Assembly: GCA_039770155.1 (NCBI GenBank)
Contig: JBDMZA010000668.1
Location: 1-58,047 of the forward strand
Direction: 5' to 3'
Length of the DNA: 58,047 nucleotides
Origin: Clostridiales bacterium
GTDB lineage: Bacteria; Bacillota; Clostridia; Acetivibrionales; JBDMZA01
Shown: positions 26,451-36,106 of the stretch, piece by piece
Layout: every line of letters begins with the position of its first letter
How positions within the stretch are numbered: position 1 is the stretch's first letter
The notes under the pieces: model-generated
The model's input: only the letters and a program-made list of their open reading frames with translations
The model's database searches: none
What the model was told of the DNA's origin: nothing
Translations under genes and position numbers: made by a program

Positions 26451-29400
26451 TAGAAAGGATTCCTCCCCCCATGCCTTAATATAGTACTTCTCATTTCTGC
26501 CATAAATCCAGGTATATCCTTGATTCCTTCAAAACTGAAGTCACCATAAAAATTAATATTCCCTTTATTAGAACTGTTAGAACCACCTAAATCTAAATTA
26601 TTGCTTGTCAATCCTTGCATAATCGAATTTCCAATTTCATCCATAGGCATTTCTATAATACTTTTAGCTCTTTCAAGGCTACTAGCAATAGGCCTTGCAA
26701 AATCGATTTTATCTAAATCCCTTAAAGGCCCTTCTTTAGCAGGGGAAAAAGGCAACCTGTTACGAACAATTGAAGCCATGTCATTTGCTACTTTTTTTAA
26801 TTGACTTAGCTTTTCTTTTATCCCATTTATAAGTCCTTGCACTATATTTCTTCCAGCACCTTTTAAGTCAATTTGCTTTACTCCTGTCAATACCCGTTTT
26901 ATAATTTCTCTACCTGCTGCAATCAACGCAACCGAGGCAAATATAACAGCACCTATAGCAACATCTACGATAATCTTTCCTAATTTATCAATAAACTCCT
27001 GTTTTTTTTCTTCATTCCCTTTTGATACTTTATCTATCATTTTTTTACCAGCATTTTTTATTTCTTTTTTTTCAGACAAATTAATAAACCAGTCCTTAAT
27101 TGTCTTCCACCATTCCTCTAGCTTTGTTTCAATTGCTTTTTTTGCAGTATCAAATGATTTTTTGATAGTTTCCCAAACATTATTAAGCGATTTTTCAAAT
27201 TTTTCTGGGAGGGAATCAAACCAATTTTTGATAGTTTCCCACCAGCCTTCTAATTTTGTTGATATAGATTCTTTCGTATCATCAAACCATTCTTTAATCG
27301 ATTCCCACCATTCTTCTAATGATTTCGTTATTTTTGCTGGAATACTCCCGAACCATTCTTTAATCGATTCCCACCATAGCGAAAATTGTCTTATATTCTC
27401 CTCGTTTTGTTCGGTTGCCCAAGTTTCCATGGCCTCGCCCCATTTTTCTAACCGTTCTGTTATCTTTTCAGGCATAGATTCAAATGAATTGATAATAGCT
27501 TCTTCCCATTTTTTTAATTGTTTTTCTATCTTTTCAGGCATAGTCTTAAAAGCATCAATAATTGCAGTATTGATTTCATCTATTTTAGTATCAATAGCGG
27601 TCTTTATTTCATCAAATATATTTGTAATATAAGTTTTTATTTCATCAAATTTAGTCATAATATAAGTTTTTATTTCATCAAACTTAGTTCTAAAAATTTC
27701 AATTATTTCATCAAGTTTTGGAGAAACTATTGAAATAATTTTATCTAAATTTTTACTTACTAAATTTTTATATCGCTCCCAGGCCTTTCCCCAGTCTCCT
27801 TCTATTATGCTTGTCATAATTTTAAAAATTCCGACTAATTCTTTCATTCCATTTTCAGCCATAAATAGTATTATCTTAAAGATTTTTTCCATTATTGAAA
27901 TAACTGAGTTACCGTGTGCCTCCCAGAAGGACTTTATGTGGTTAAAGGCAATCATTACAATTTTACGAATTTCATCAAAAATTTCCAATGCGCTTTTCTT
28001 AACTGATTCCCATGTTTCGACTACTTTATCCCGAAATTCTGTGTTAGTATTCCACAAGTAATAAAAAGACCCGACTACAAGCCCTATTGCAGCAGTGATT
28101 CCAGCAGCCAAAACAGCAAATTCCGCCGCGGCAACTACAGCAGCGATTGCAAGCGCACCTAAGACTGGAAGACCCACAGTTGAAATAACTGTAGTTAACG
28201 TTGTTATAATCGTTGCTACAACAGCAATTATACCACCTAAAGTGGTTATAGCTATACCAACAGCCCCAATCACAGGGCCTACGACCCCAAGCAGCCCAGC
28301 AATAACAACCATACTTGTTTTTACGTTCGCCGATAATCCTTCAAATTTTTTCGAAACAAAATCGAGTACCTTAATAAACATTTCAAGAACTGGAATCATA
28401 GCTGATTTGACAATATCAAAGAATCCGATTAAGACAGACTGAACCTTTGCAATAGCTGCATTCCACTTGAAATCGAGGGTTTCTGAAGCTGCTTCAAAGG
28501 CTTTGTCGAGGGAACCTGTCGAATTTTTTACAGCCTCAAAGGTTTTTATGTTGCCTTCTAGGTTACTACCCATGAGGTCCAAAACCCCCATTAATGCTCG
28601 GATATTAGGGAAAACTCTTGCCATTGCTTCCTCTCCATACTTGTTTGTCATTTCCCTAAGTTCCATCAATGCACTAAGTAAACCATCTTCTCTGATAGCT
28701 TTTCTCATCTTAGCGCTCGATGTTCCCATCGCGTCAAGTTGCTCCTCAGCTTGTTTCGAGGGCTTTATAAGCCCTGCCATAATTGATTTAAGCTGTGTTG
28801 CTGCCTCACTTGCATTTGTCCCAGTCCTTGTCATTGCCGCCTGTGTTGCTGCGACTTGGTCAAATGTAACTCCTAGTTCACTAGCCAAGGGCAAAACCTG
28901 ACCCATACTAGCGGCCAATTCTGAAGCCTCTGCCTTCCCTTCTCTTACAGCAGCAACTAAAATATCCGTGGCTTTGGAGGCTGAAAGATTTTTTTGGCCA
29001 TAGGCGTTTATTGCAGATGTTACCAAGTCCGCAATAGTTTTTGTTTCTCCAAGCCCTGCTGTACTTGCTTTCGCTGATGTTGTCAGAACGTCCATTGCCG
29101 CAGCTCCGCGTAAACCTGCTGACGTTACAAAAAACATTGCCTCTGCCAGTTCTTTAGGAGCTTTTCCCAATTCTGGAGCAATAGAAATTATTTCTTTTCC
29201 CCATAAATCGACCTGATCTTTTGCCACTCCAACAAGCCCAACAACCTTAGACATCTCGCTTTCGAAATCTTTACCTAGCTTAAACACTGCGATACCAGCA
29301 CCAACCAAAGGCAATGTTATTGATTTTGTCAGTGTTGCACCAACGTTTTTTAACACGCCGCCAAAATTTTTCATTCCTGCCCCAAGTCTTGTGAAAGCTG

Positions 29401-29494
29401 TTTCGCCCATAGACCTGGTGTCGTTTATTGACCGTTGGAATGGCCTTGTATCGCCGCGTATAGGCGCGACGACTTCACCAACTATTATAGACAT
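26450..29494 (-). CDS. Tail tape measure protein
   Basis: The protein is 1014 aa. It has an Ala/Gly-rich N-terminal TMP core, a central hydrophobic block, and W-rich periodic repeats (EEWWESIKEWF and similar). Confidence 0.85.
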   Translation of the reverse strand: MSIIVGEVVAPIRGDTRPFQRSINDTRSMGETAFTRLGAGMKNFGGVLKNVGATLTKSITLPLVGAGIAVFKLGKDFESEMSKVVGLVGVAKDQVDLWGKEIISIAPELGKAPKELAEAMFFVTSAGLRGAAAMDVLTTSAKASTAGLGETKTIADLVTSAINAYGQKNLSASKATDILVAAVREGKAEASELAASMGQVLPLASELGVTFDQVAATQAAMTRTGTNASEAATQLKSIMAGLIKPSKQAEEQLDAMGTSSAKMRKAIREDGLLSALMELREMTNKYGEEAMARVFPNIRALMGVLDLMGSNLEGNIKTFEAVKNSTGSLDKAFEAASETLDFKWNAAIAKVQSVLIGFFDIVKSAMIPVLEMFIKVLDFVSKKFEGLSANVKTSMVVIAGLLGVVGPVIGAVGIAITTLGGIIAVVATIITTLTTVISTVGLPVLGALAIAAVVAAAEFAVLAAGITAAIGLVVGSFYYLWNTNTEFRDKVVETWESVKKSALEIFDEIRKIVMIAFNHIKSFWEAHGNSVISIMEKIFKIILFMAENGMKELVGIFKIMTSIIEGDWGKAWERYKNLVSKNLDKIISIVSPKLDEIIEIFRTKFDEIKTYIMTKFDEIKTYITNIFDEIKTAIDTKIDEINTAIIDAFKTMPEKIEKQLKKWEEAIINSFESMPEKITERLEKWGEAMETWATEQNEENIRQFSLWWESIKEWFGSIPAKITKSLEEWWESIKEWFDDTKESISTKLEGWWETIKNWFDSLPEKFEKSLNNVWETIKKSFDTAKKAIETKLEEWWKTIKDWFINLSEKKEIKNAGKKMIDKVSKGNEEKKQEFIDKLGKIIVDVAIGAVIFASVALIAAGREIIKRVLTGVKQIDLKGAGRNIVQGLINGIKEKLSQLKKVANDMASIVRNRLPFSPAKEGPLRDLDKIDFARPIASSLERAKSIIEMPMDEIGNSIMQGLTSNNLDLGGSNSSNKGNINFYGDFSFEGIKDIPGFMAEMRSTILRHGGRNPF

Positions 29495-29508
29495 ATGTTT
29501 TCTCCTTT

Positions 29509-29790
29509 CTATAGATTCTCTATTTCATCATACTCAACAAAATTTCTGTTTTCTTTATTCCTGATGAAAGCATGAAAAGCTGATTCTTCAGGGAGACTTT
29601 TTACAAAATTTATAAACCTTCTCCAAGTAATTTCATTGTTAAAAACTGCCATTACTAGGTCTATTTTGTAATATCTCCAAAAATCAGCTTCTAGATACCC
29701 AAACCCCCATATTATAATTCTCAGATCACCCGTATTTTTTTTTTGCTTGATTTTTGTTATCTTTTGATACCCCATAGCCCCATTCGTCAA
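29509..29790 (-). CDS. Frameshift extension of the tail assembly chaperone (gpT-like part of a G-T fusion)
   Basis: It overlaps the 3' end of the gpG-like ORF in the +1 frame and has no credible RBS or ATG of its own. The A10 tract at 29735-29744 lies in the overlap. Confidence 0.6.
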   Translation of the reverse strand: MTNGAMGYQKITKIKQKKNTGDLRIIIWGFGYLEADFWRYYKIDLVMAVFNNEITWRRFINFVKSLPEESAFHAFIRNKENRNFVEYDEIENL

Positions 29791-30205
29791 GAATTGGGGT
29801 TGCTAGTTTGTCCATTATCATGTCAAATTCAAACTGTTGTTTGCTACTCTCCAGCGAATTCAAAAACTGCTTACCAAGCATTAATTCAATAAATCTGGCA
29901 AATTTATCTTCTGGAATATCAATAACTTGTTTCCCATTTTTCCTTTTCAAACACCATCGAAAAAAAAACATTGAGAAATCAAGAGGCATGGAAGCTGGTA
30001 TTTCATAGAACTTATCTTGAAATCGGATAGTAAAAGGTTTGGATTTATGCTCCTTTACAACTTCATCAAAGTCTATCAGTAACCTTTCCTCTTGCTCTCT
30101 TTTTTCATCTTCCAATTTTTGATCAAGCAATTCAAGTTTCTCAATATTACTCTCACTTAATTCATTAGAAGGTGATAATTCCTCTATATTATCCTTATTA
30201 TCCAT
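29726..30205 (-). CDS. Tail assembly chaperone (gpG-like)
   Basis: It is acidic, lies between the major tail and tape-measure genes, and ends in an A10 tract. Confidence 0.65.
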   Translation of the reverse strand: MDNKDNIEELSPSNELSESNIEKLELLDQKLEDEKREQEERLLIDFDEVVKEHKSKPFTIRFQDKFYEIPASMPLDFSMFFFRWCLKRKNGKQVIDIPEDKFARFIELMLGKQFLNSLESSKQQFEFDMIMDKLATPILDEWGYGVSKDNKNQAKKKYG

Positions 30206-30242
30206 TTTATATTTCCTTTCTAACTGGTTCTTTTTTTATTTT

Positions 30243-30692
30243 TTAGCTACCTGGTACTATTGCGGATAATGAGTTTATCCTAAAAGTCCCTTTAAACTTA
30301 TACGTTGACGTGGTTGATGCCGCCTCTTCATATGATGTAAAAAATCCTGTGCAAATATCCCCATATCCGTTCTTTTTTGTATGTCGAACAGTTACGATCT
30401 TCCCTGTTGTAGCCGCGTCCTTTAGTTCACTTTGGCCATCATCCAGCCCTGCGGCGGCGGTTTCAATTGATATACCTTCAACTTCAGCAGTTTCCCCGAC
30501 TGCCAGCGGTGTGAATTCCTTATGAAGAACATCAGTTCCGGCGATATAGTCCTCTGCACCTGTGATATCTTCCTCGTCAATTGATACATTTCGTTTCCAT
30601 GATGTTACTTTTGCGACAGGTTCAGAGTCAACTGTTATTATCGTTCCGGCGAATTTTACCTCACCAGCTACATTTGTTGACATATATTTCAC
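30243..30692 (-). CDS. Major tail protein
   Basis: The call rests on position, size (149 aa) and a strong RBS. Confidence 0.55.
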   Translation of the reverse strand: MKYMSTNVAGEVKFAGTIITVDSEPVAKVTSWKRNVSIDEEDITGAEDYIAGTDVLHKEFTPLAVGETAEVEGISIETAAAGLDDGQSELKDAATTGKIVTVRHTKKNGYGDICTGFFTSYEEAASTTSTYKFKGTFRINSLSAIVPGS

Positions 30693-30716
30693 CTCTTTTT
30701 TTTATATTTTTTATAC

Positions 30717-31130
30717 TTACAATCTATTTTCACTTACTCCAACCAACTCAGTTCTTGCTATATAATGAGTAGTCCATTCATGTCTGTTTTTTGAATCTAG
30801 CCCTATGAAATAAGGAGAGTTTACAACTGTCATATAACTTACAATATCATTTCCAGTTACAAAGGAACCGCCTCCAAAACCTGCTAGTATATTGTGTATT
30901 TCTTTGATTGTTGCTGCTGCTGAAACTGAACTTGCATTTCTTACTAAAACCTGAATCCCATAATTATCAACAGCTAGACAAGACGACTCCGGCAAAACTG
31001 GAGCTGATTCATCATAAACAGTTATGCAGTTATCAGGACTATCTTTTTGAAAATTTAAAAATAAATTTGTGTTTTTTACAGCTATTCCCCTACTATCTAA
31101 GTAAGTAACAATGTCATTTGCTATCATCAC
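30717..31130 (-). CDS. Tail completion / tail terminator-like protein
   Basis: The call is by position upstream of the major tail gene. Confidence 0.4.
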   Translation of the reverse strand: MMIANDIVTYLDSRGIAVKNTNLFLNFQKDSPDNCITVYDESAPVLPESSCLAVDNYGIQVLVRNASSVSAAATIKEIHNILAGFGGGSFVTGNDIVSYMTVVNSPYFIGLDSKNRHEWTTHYIARTELVGVSENRL

Positions 31131-31501
31131 AGAACCGCCCCCAATCTCTGTCTTAATGCCCTCTCATACGTTGTAACTACTAATCGGTTAAATGGATCTC
31201 TTACATATTTCCACTTTCTCCCGTGCTGAAAATTGGCTTGTGTTTCATGCCATCTGACCGCGTATGGTACAATAGGAAAGCCAGTTCCATGACCACCACC
31301 AAACGAAACTACGATAACAGTTGCCCCTTCATCTTCTACACGAACAATTGTTCCACTTTTTTGTAATGTAGATTCATCAAGAGGAACTTCTTGCTTTGCA
31401 GCTCCAAGGATAACTTCTCCTGTATCATTTTGAGCTAATAAAACAGCAGCCTCAACAGCCCTAACAACCTCGTCACCATTCCAATTTTGCCATACACCCA
31501 T
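31127..31501 (-). CDS. HK97 gp10-like head-tail joining protein
   Basis: The call rests on position and size. The family call is tentative. Confidence 0.4.
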   Translation of the reverse strand: MGVWQNWNGDEVVRAVEAAVLLAQNDTGEVILGAAKQEVPLDESTLQKSGTIVRVEDEGATVIVVSFGGGHGTGFPIVPYAVRWHETQANFQHGRKWKYVRDPFNRLVVTTYERALRQRLGAVL

Positions 31502-31503
31502 TA

Positions 31504-31851
31504 TTATATCACCGCTAACTCATAATGATGGATTTGGCCGCTTCGCTTGTCAATAATCGGATCAATGTTAATAACTTCCAACTTCGATATAATTTGTGGA
31601 GCTGTTTGTTCTACTTCCCAGCCCTCATGTTCCACATCAATTACAGCATCATCCTTCAAAAAAACTATTGCCTTTGCAAGTAAAGTTTCACCAGGGTTAT
31701 CTTTTTTTTCTATTATGAGATTACTTCCAAACTCTACACAACCCTTTAGAACTTGGAAAGAATCCACGGATAGTTCGCCCTCATAACTTCTTACCATTTT
31801 TTTCAAAATAACATCATGGTTCATCAACGCGTTGAATTCAGCCATACTCAT
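31504..31851 (-). CDS. Head closure / head-tail adaptor protein
   Basis: The call is by position. Confidence 0.4.
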   Translation of the reverse strand: MSMAEFNALMNHDVILKKMVRSYEGELSVDSFQVLKGCVEFGSNLIIEKKDNPGETLLAKAIVFLKDDAVIDVEHEGWEVEQTAPQIISKLEVINIDPIIDKRSGQIHHYELAVI

Positions 31852-32270
31852 GCCATTTTCACCGCCCTGTTGATTATCCCTGACGAAATTAAGATGGAAT
31901 CGGCAAAGCTTAGTTGTTCTGGCAGTTGGCTTAAAGCTGCGCTAGCCCCCATGTTTTTTCCTACGCTGAATCTCCCTAGTCTTATGTTGTTCGATTTGTT
32001 AGGAGGTAAATTATTATTATCAGTTAGAAAAGCAACCATTTGAGATACCCATAATTGCACTGCATCTTTTTGCGATAATGGGACATCTGTCAATACGCCT
32101 TTCCACCAATATTGCCAGGTCGAGGAATTTATTTTATATCCATCTGACTGCACTAAATAATTCCCGATTCTGCTATCTAATAATTTACATGAAACTAAAA
32201 TCCTATATGTGGTTGCTTCTGTAACTGGTCTTCCTGTTATTGCGCCGTATTCCGTGGATGTAATATACAA
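31848..32270 (-). CDS. Head-tail connector (gp6/SPP1 gp15-like)
   Basis: The call is by position. Confidence 0.4.
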   Translation of the reverse strand: MYITSTEYGAITGRPVTEATTYRILVSCKLLDSRIGNYLVQSDGYKINSSTWQYWWKGVLTDVPLSQKDAVQLWVSQMVAFLTDNNNLPPNKSNNIRLGRFSVGKNMGASAALSQLPEQLSFADSILISSGIINRAVKMA

Positions 32271-32302
32271 AATAATTCCTCCTTTCTTTTTAAAAAAAAT
32301 AA

Positions 32303-32620
32303 TTAAGACAAATTAATTCCTGGACCCTCTAAAACTTCAAGTTTCCATGCTTTTTTATATTTCTCTTCTCTATCAGCTACGACTGAAGAAAAGTCACACT
32401 TACCTATGCCATTCCAGACAGATAGAGGCTTAACTATGTTATAGTAATATACTGTTCCATTAATTGTTGTAGGTTTCATTTCCTCTATTCTGCATAATTT
32501 TATAGGCTTCCCTTTCCATTCTGATAATTTTTGTTCAATAGAATCTAGCGCCGCTTTAGCTTTGTCATGCGCTTCTTTTTTTGTTTCTCCAGTGAATAGC
32601 AATCTATCTTCAAACAACAT
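32303..32620 (-). CDS. Hypothetical virion-module protein
   Basis: An ORF in the structural operon. Confidence 0.45.
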   Translation of the reverse strand: MLFEDRLLFTGETKKEAHDKAKAALDSIEQKLSEWKGKPIKLCRIEEMKPTTINGTVYYYNIVKPLSVWNGIGKCDFSSVVADREEKYKKAWKLEVLEGPGINLS

Positions 32621-32629
32621 ATTAACCTC

Positions 32630-33481
32630 CTATAAGCCTTGGTTTACAAAATCATTATATTTTAGATATTCGTTTGAGCTGAAAAGTAACACAGTTTTTA
32701 TATTGCCATCTAGCCAAACACTTACAGATGAACAATCAACTGCATTTGACCTAGCCCCGATCGTTACATTTGGCCTGTTCGTAAGCGTAACGCCAAGCGT
32801 GTGAGTATACTCATTGAGCAATGTATGAGTTAAAAAACCATTTGCATTTTTATCTCGCCAAGTAGTCATAATTTTATTTATAGCTAATTCTGTCCATGCA
32901 TTATTTATTTCAAAATTTATATTTTTGTGCCAGAGTTCAATTCTATGTTCGTAGTGTGCCAAGAAGTATTGTGCATTTATATGACTATTTAAACATTTCG
33001 AATAAATAGCCTCTCCTACCCCATACGCAATTGCGTTTGAATAAGCGCTATATGGCGGTTCTGTAATTTGTATTGCTGCATAATCATTGATTCTCAGCCA
33101 ACTATTACTGCCATCATAATACAATCCATTGCTCTGAAATACATTCGAGATTGTAATAGCTGGCATATCTGCTAATGTATTCTGGTACGCCTCATTACTA
33201 TCTTGAAGTTGATTTGCTGCTTTTTTCACAACTCCCTCTGAAGCCCCGAGCCATGCCAAAACATCAGCTTCCACTATATTTCCATTATAATCTGCATAAA
33301 AATAACGTTCTTCTAAATCATCAACTCTTACAACCAGTACAAGATAATCGTCATAAAGAAACGTTAATCGCTTATAAGGAGCTACACCTAACGCACAATT
33401 ATCTACATTACCAAGCTCGTCCAAAGGGCCAGAATATCTTGCCCCAACCTGTTTATTTATGTTTACACCAAGCCCCAACAT
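32630..33481 (-). CDS. Hypothetical virion-module protein (283 aa)
   Basis: An ORF between the capsid and connector genes with no motif. Confidence 0.45.
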   Translation of the reverse strand: MLGLGVNINKQVGARYSGPLDELGNVDNCALGVAPYKRLTFLYDDYLVLVVRVDDLEERYFYADYNGNIVEADVLAWLGASEGVVKKAANQLQDSNEAYQNTLADMPAITISNVFQSNGLYYDGSNSWLRINDYAAIQITEPPYSAYSNAIAYGVGEAIYSKCLNSHINAQYFLAHYEHRIELWHKNINFEINNAWTELAINKIMTTWRDKNANGFLTHTLLNEYTHTLGVTLTNRPNVTIGARSNAVDCSSVSVWLDGNIKTVLLFSSNEYLKYNDFVNQGL

Positions 33482-33819
33482 TACGCCACCCCATAATACA
33501 GGATCGCAGTTCCAGTATGTACAGTAACACTAGTAAATTTCCCATAAAACTTTCCGTTTACTTCCAATGTTCTAGCGGTTATGTTTGATACGTTCCCCAC
33601 CGCAGTAACGGAGCTTTCTGTTCTTGCTTCAATCACACGAATAACCTTACCCGACGGGGGTGTTCTGGGTGTTGCTGTTGTTACATATATACCGCCTTCT
33701 CCGCCCATCGTCTCATCTAAGACACTTTTAATAGTATCAATTATATCAGCGGTATAGACAACCGTACCATCTGACTTGTACTTTTTCCCACTATCAGGTG
33801 AATAATTATCATTCTTCAT
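33481..33819 (-). CDS. Hypothetical head-associated protein (possible decoration protein)
   Basis: The call is by position downstream of the capsid gene. Confidence 0.4.
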   Translation of the reverse strand: MKNDNYSPDSGKKYKSDGTVVYTADIIDTIKSVLDETMGGEGGIYVTTATPRTPPSGKVIRVIEARTESSVTAVGNVSNITARTLEVNGKFYGKFTSVTVHTGTAILYYGVA

Positions 33820-33822
33820 TAT

Positions 33823-34125
33823 CTAAGCACCTTCTTTTTTTTGCTCATTTTCGCCAAGGTCAAATTTTCTTAAGGCTTCTATCATATCTTCTCTTTTCCC
33901 GACCGCAGCGATCCCATTTTTCTTACATAATGTTTGAATTTCTTTATATGAAAGATTATCATAATCAGTATTCTTCTTAACTGTTTTTTTTTGGACAATC
34001 TTACCAGCCCTAAACTCCACATAAGCGGTTGTGTCAGAGTGTGGCATTTCTACAATTTCACCGGCTTTGTATAACGTCCCCTTATAATATCTATCTTTAA
34101 GAAATTCCAAATTAACTTTCTTCAT
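33823..34125 (-). CDS. Small head-module protein with a C-terminal SAP/HeH-like motif
   Basis: The motif is LSYKEIQTLCKKNGIAAVGKREDMIEALRKF. Confidence 0.45.
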   Translation of the reverse strand: MKKVNLEFLKDRYYKGTLYKAGEIVEMPHSDTTAYVEFRAGKIVQKKTVKKNTDYDNLSYKEIQTLCKKNGIAAVGKREDMIEALRKFDLGENEQKKEGA

Positions 34126-34197
34126 ATAATATTCCTTTCAAAAATAAATCCAATTAAAGGAAACTAACTTTTCATCTGTTAGCTTCCTATTTTAATT

Positions 34198-35181
34198 TTA
34201 GCTCCCAGCAGGGCCTAACACAGCAAATGGGTACCTTTCTTCTTCATCTTCTTCTAAGCGGTTGATTGGGTTTGGCACCTGCCATCCAATCCTCATGGAC
34301 GCTCTTAGGGCAATCATATTTTGTTGGGCTAAATTGATCACAATTGCTCCTGTAACTGGATCTTGGATAACTGACTCAGTTAATATTTTCCATGTAACAT
34401 CTTTTCTGATCGCATAAACAAGCTGTTTCCATTCCCCAGAAATTAACAAACTTCTTGTTGGGATTATAGCCCCATTTCTAGGGAAAAACATTTGTTCTCC
34501 GTCCAATTCATACCTTGTGGCTCCTTGGACTCCTTCCTTATACAGCGCTTTGAAAATAGGATTCCCGGCACTATCCCTTAAACTTCTTAATCTAGCTTTC
34601 ATTGAAGTTGCAGCAACATGGCCGTCTACCATAAACCCATCTTCTTCAACCTTAGAAATTACCCCACCTTCTGCCATTATGTCATTGTAAATATCTCCCA
34701 ATGAGCCAAGTGTAACAAAGTTACCTGCTCCAGTTGCCGCCGCAACTATGTTTGTAGGCCAAACCGCTGGCGCATTGATACCATAAAAAACAGCTTGGTC
34801 AAATGCAAGTCCAAAAGCCTCAAGTAATTTTGGTTTAGCTTCATCCCAAATGTTATAATCAGCGTCATCAAAGACCGCTTCTGGGATTGCGACGATTACA
34901 TTTAATTCTTCTGCATCAATATATTTATTTTCCCATTGAATTTGTGTTATTCTCTTATATCCGGCATCTCCTGTATCTCCAGGGCCTGGGTTTGTAAAAT
35001 ATGCGGTTGGGAGTATACTAAGTACTGGGATACGCTTTTGTGCGCGGGACATATTTGGACCCCTATATGCATATCGCATTACAGCGGACATTTCAGGGAC
35101 GTTTTCAACGATTTCACGCTGGAACTCTTCTGGCATCAACGCTTCTACGTTTGAGCGTGGAATATAACTCATATCATTCAC
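34198..35181 (-). CDS. Major capsid protein (HK97 fold, no delta domain)
   Basis: The N-terminal region ...PEEFQREIVENV...IPVLS...AYF... and the segment ELNVIVAIPEAVFDDADYNIWDEAKPKLLEAFGLAFDQAVFYG match the remembered HK97-family pattern. Confidence 0.8.
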   Translation of the reverse strand: MNDMSYIPRSNVEALMPEEFQREIVENVPEMSAVMRYAYRGPNMSRAQKRIPVLSILPTAYFTNPGPGDTGDAGYKRITQIQWENKYIDAEELNVIVAIPEAVFDDADYNIWDEAKPKLLEAFGLAFDQAVFYGINAPAVWPTNIVAAATGAGNFVTLGSLGDIYNDIMAEGGVISKVEEDGFMVDGHVAATSMKARLRSLRDSAGNPIFKALYKEGVQGATRYELDGEQMFFPRNGAIIPTRSLLISGEWKQLVYAIRKDVTWKILTESVIQDPVTGAIVINLAQQNMIALRASMRIGWQVPNPINRLEEDEEERYPFAVLGPAGS

Positions 35182-35258
35182 CTCTTATTTTTTTTATATA
35201 TATTTCTTAGATTTATTCATACTCAAGAAAAAACAAAAATACTTTTATCTCCCTGCTG

Positions 35259-35933
35259 CTATCTTCCTGCTGCTCGTCTTATTAAACTATTCATGTCAAA
35301 TCCACCAGTTTTTTTCCCTTTACCCTGCTGATCGTCACCAACAGTTTGAGTTTGAGAAGTTCCAGGTGTAGATTTAACTAAATATGTTTTATTTTTTATA
35401 AGTTCTTCGAGTGCTTCTTTTACTCCAGTAATATTTCCATTTTCATCAACTTCTATATTTTCTTTATTCATCAATTGATAAGCTCCATCACCATCAACTA
35501 TATTGAGTTCTACAGCAATTGTTTTTACTTCTGCTTTTATAAGTCTTTTATTTGCAGCTTCAATTTTCGAATTAGCATTTTTTTCTGTTTCTTCTTTTTC
35601 TGCTTTAAGCCTTTCATTCTCTGTCATTTCTTCTTTTTTCTTGTTGTTCTCGAATTCTTCACGAACTTTTTTCTCTATTTTTTTCCGTTCCCTTGCATAC
35701 CTTTTTTCAATTTGTTCTGTGAACTCTTTTTTAGTGTATATTTTGTCCTCTTCTTCAGTTGAGCCGGATTCTCCATCCGTGTTTGAATTATTTTTATCTT
35801 GCTTATCATCATCATTCTTTCCATCATCATTTCCTTGATGATCACCAGCTCCGTCACCATCACCATCTGGGATTCCTATTATAGGGAATATAGGCAGCAA
35901 TAAAAATATACTCAATAATTTTCTTAATTTCAT
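35259..35933 (-). CDS. Scaffolding protein (start moved to ATG 35933 after AAGGAGAG)
   Basis: It is rich in coiled coil and E/K residues and lies immediately upstream of the capsid gene. The N-terminus is hydrophobic and is followed by a D/G/N-rich tract. Confidence 0.6.
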   Translation of the reverse strand: MKLRKLLSIFLLLPIFPIIGIPDGDGDGAGDHQGNDDGKNDDDKQDKNNSNTDGESGSTEEEDKIYTKKEFTEQIEKRYARERKKIEKKVREEFENNKKKEEMTENERLKAEKEETEKNANSKIEAANKRLIKAEVKTIAVELNIVDGDGAYQLMNKENIEVDENGNITGVKEALEELIKNKTYLVKSTPGTSQTQTVGDDQQGKGKKTGGFDMNSLIRRAAGR

Positions 35934-36081
35934 AAGACTCTCCTTTTTTATTGTCTTTGTTGACATATCCGTTTCACAACGTAATTTTATTATATAGTGA
36001 CATGACAAAAAACGCAATCTTTCGCCATTTTATGCTACTTAGTAAAATAAAAGCAACATTTTGTTGACTATAAAAGAATAC

Positions 36082-36106
36082 AAAAAAAAATAAGCCTTAA
36101 GGCTTA
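36082..36106 (-). terminator. Rho-independent terminator
   Basis: On the minus strand, a taagcc-ttaa-ggctta hairpin (which includes the stop codon) is followed by a T9 run. Confidence 0.7.

Noticed and set aside
27162-28901. Plus-strand ORFs 27162..27632, 27518..27733, 27807..28061, 28095..28442 and 28467..28901.
   Set aside because: They are antisense shadows of the 1014-aa tape-measure gene. Their composition is low-complexity, they have no RBS, and they are mutually overlapping.
35475-35866. ORFs 35475..35762(+), 35503..35838(+) and 35675..35866(-) inside the scaffold gene.
   Set aside because: They are frame shadows of an E/K-rich coiled-coil gene. Their F/S/L-rich translations are typical of antisense poly-purine coding sequence.
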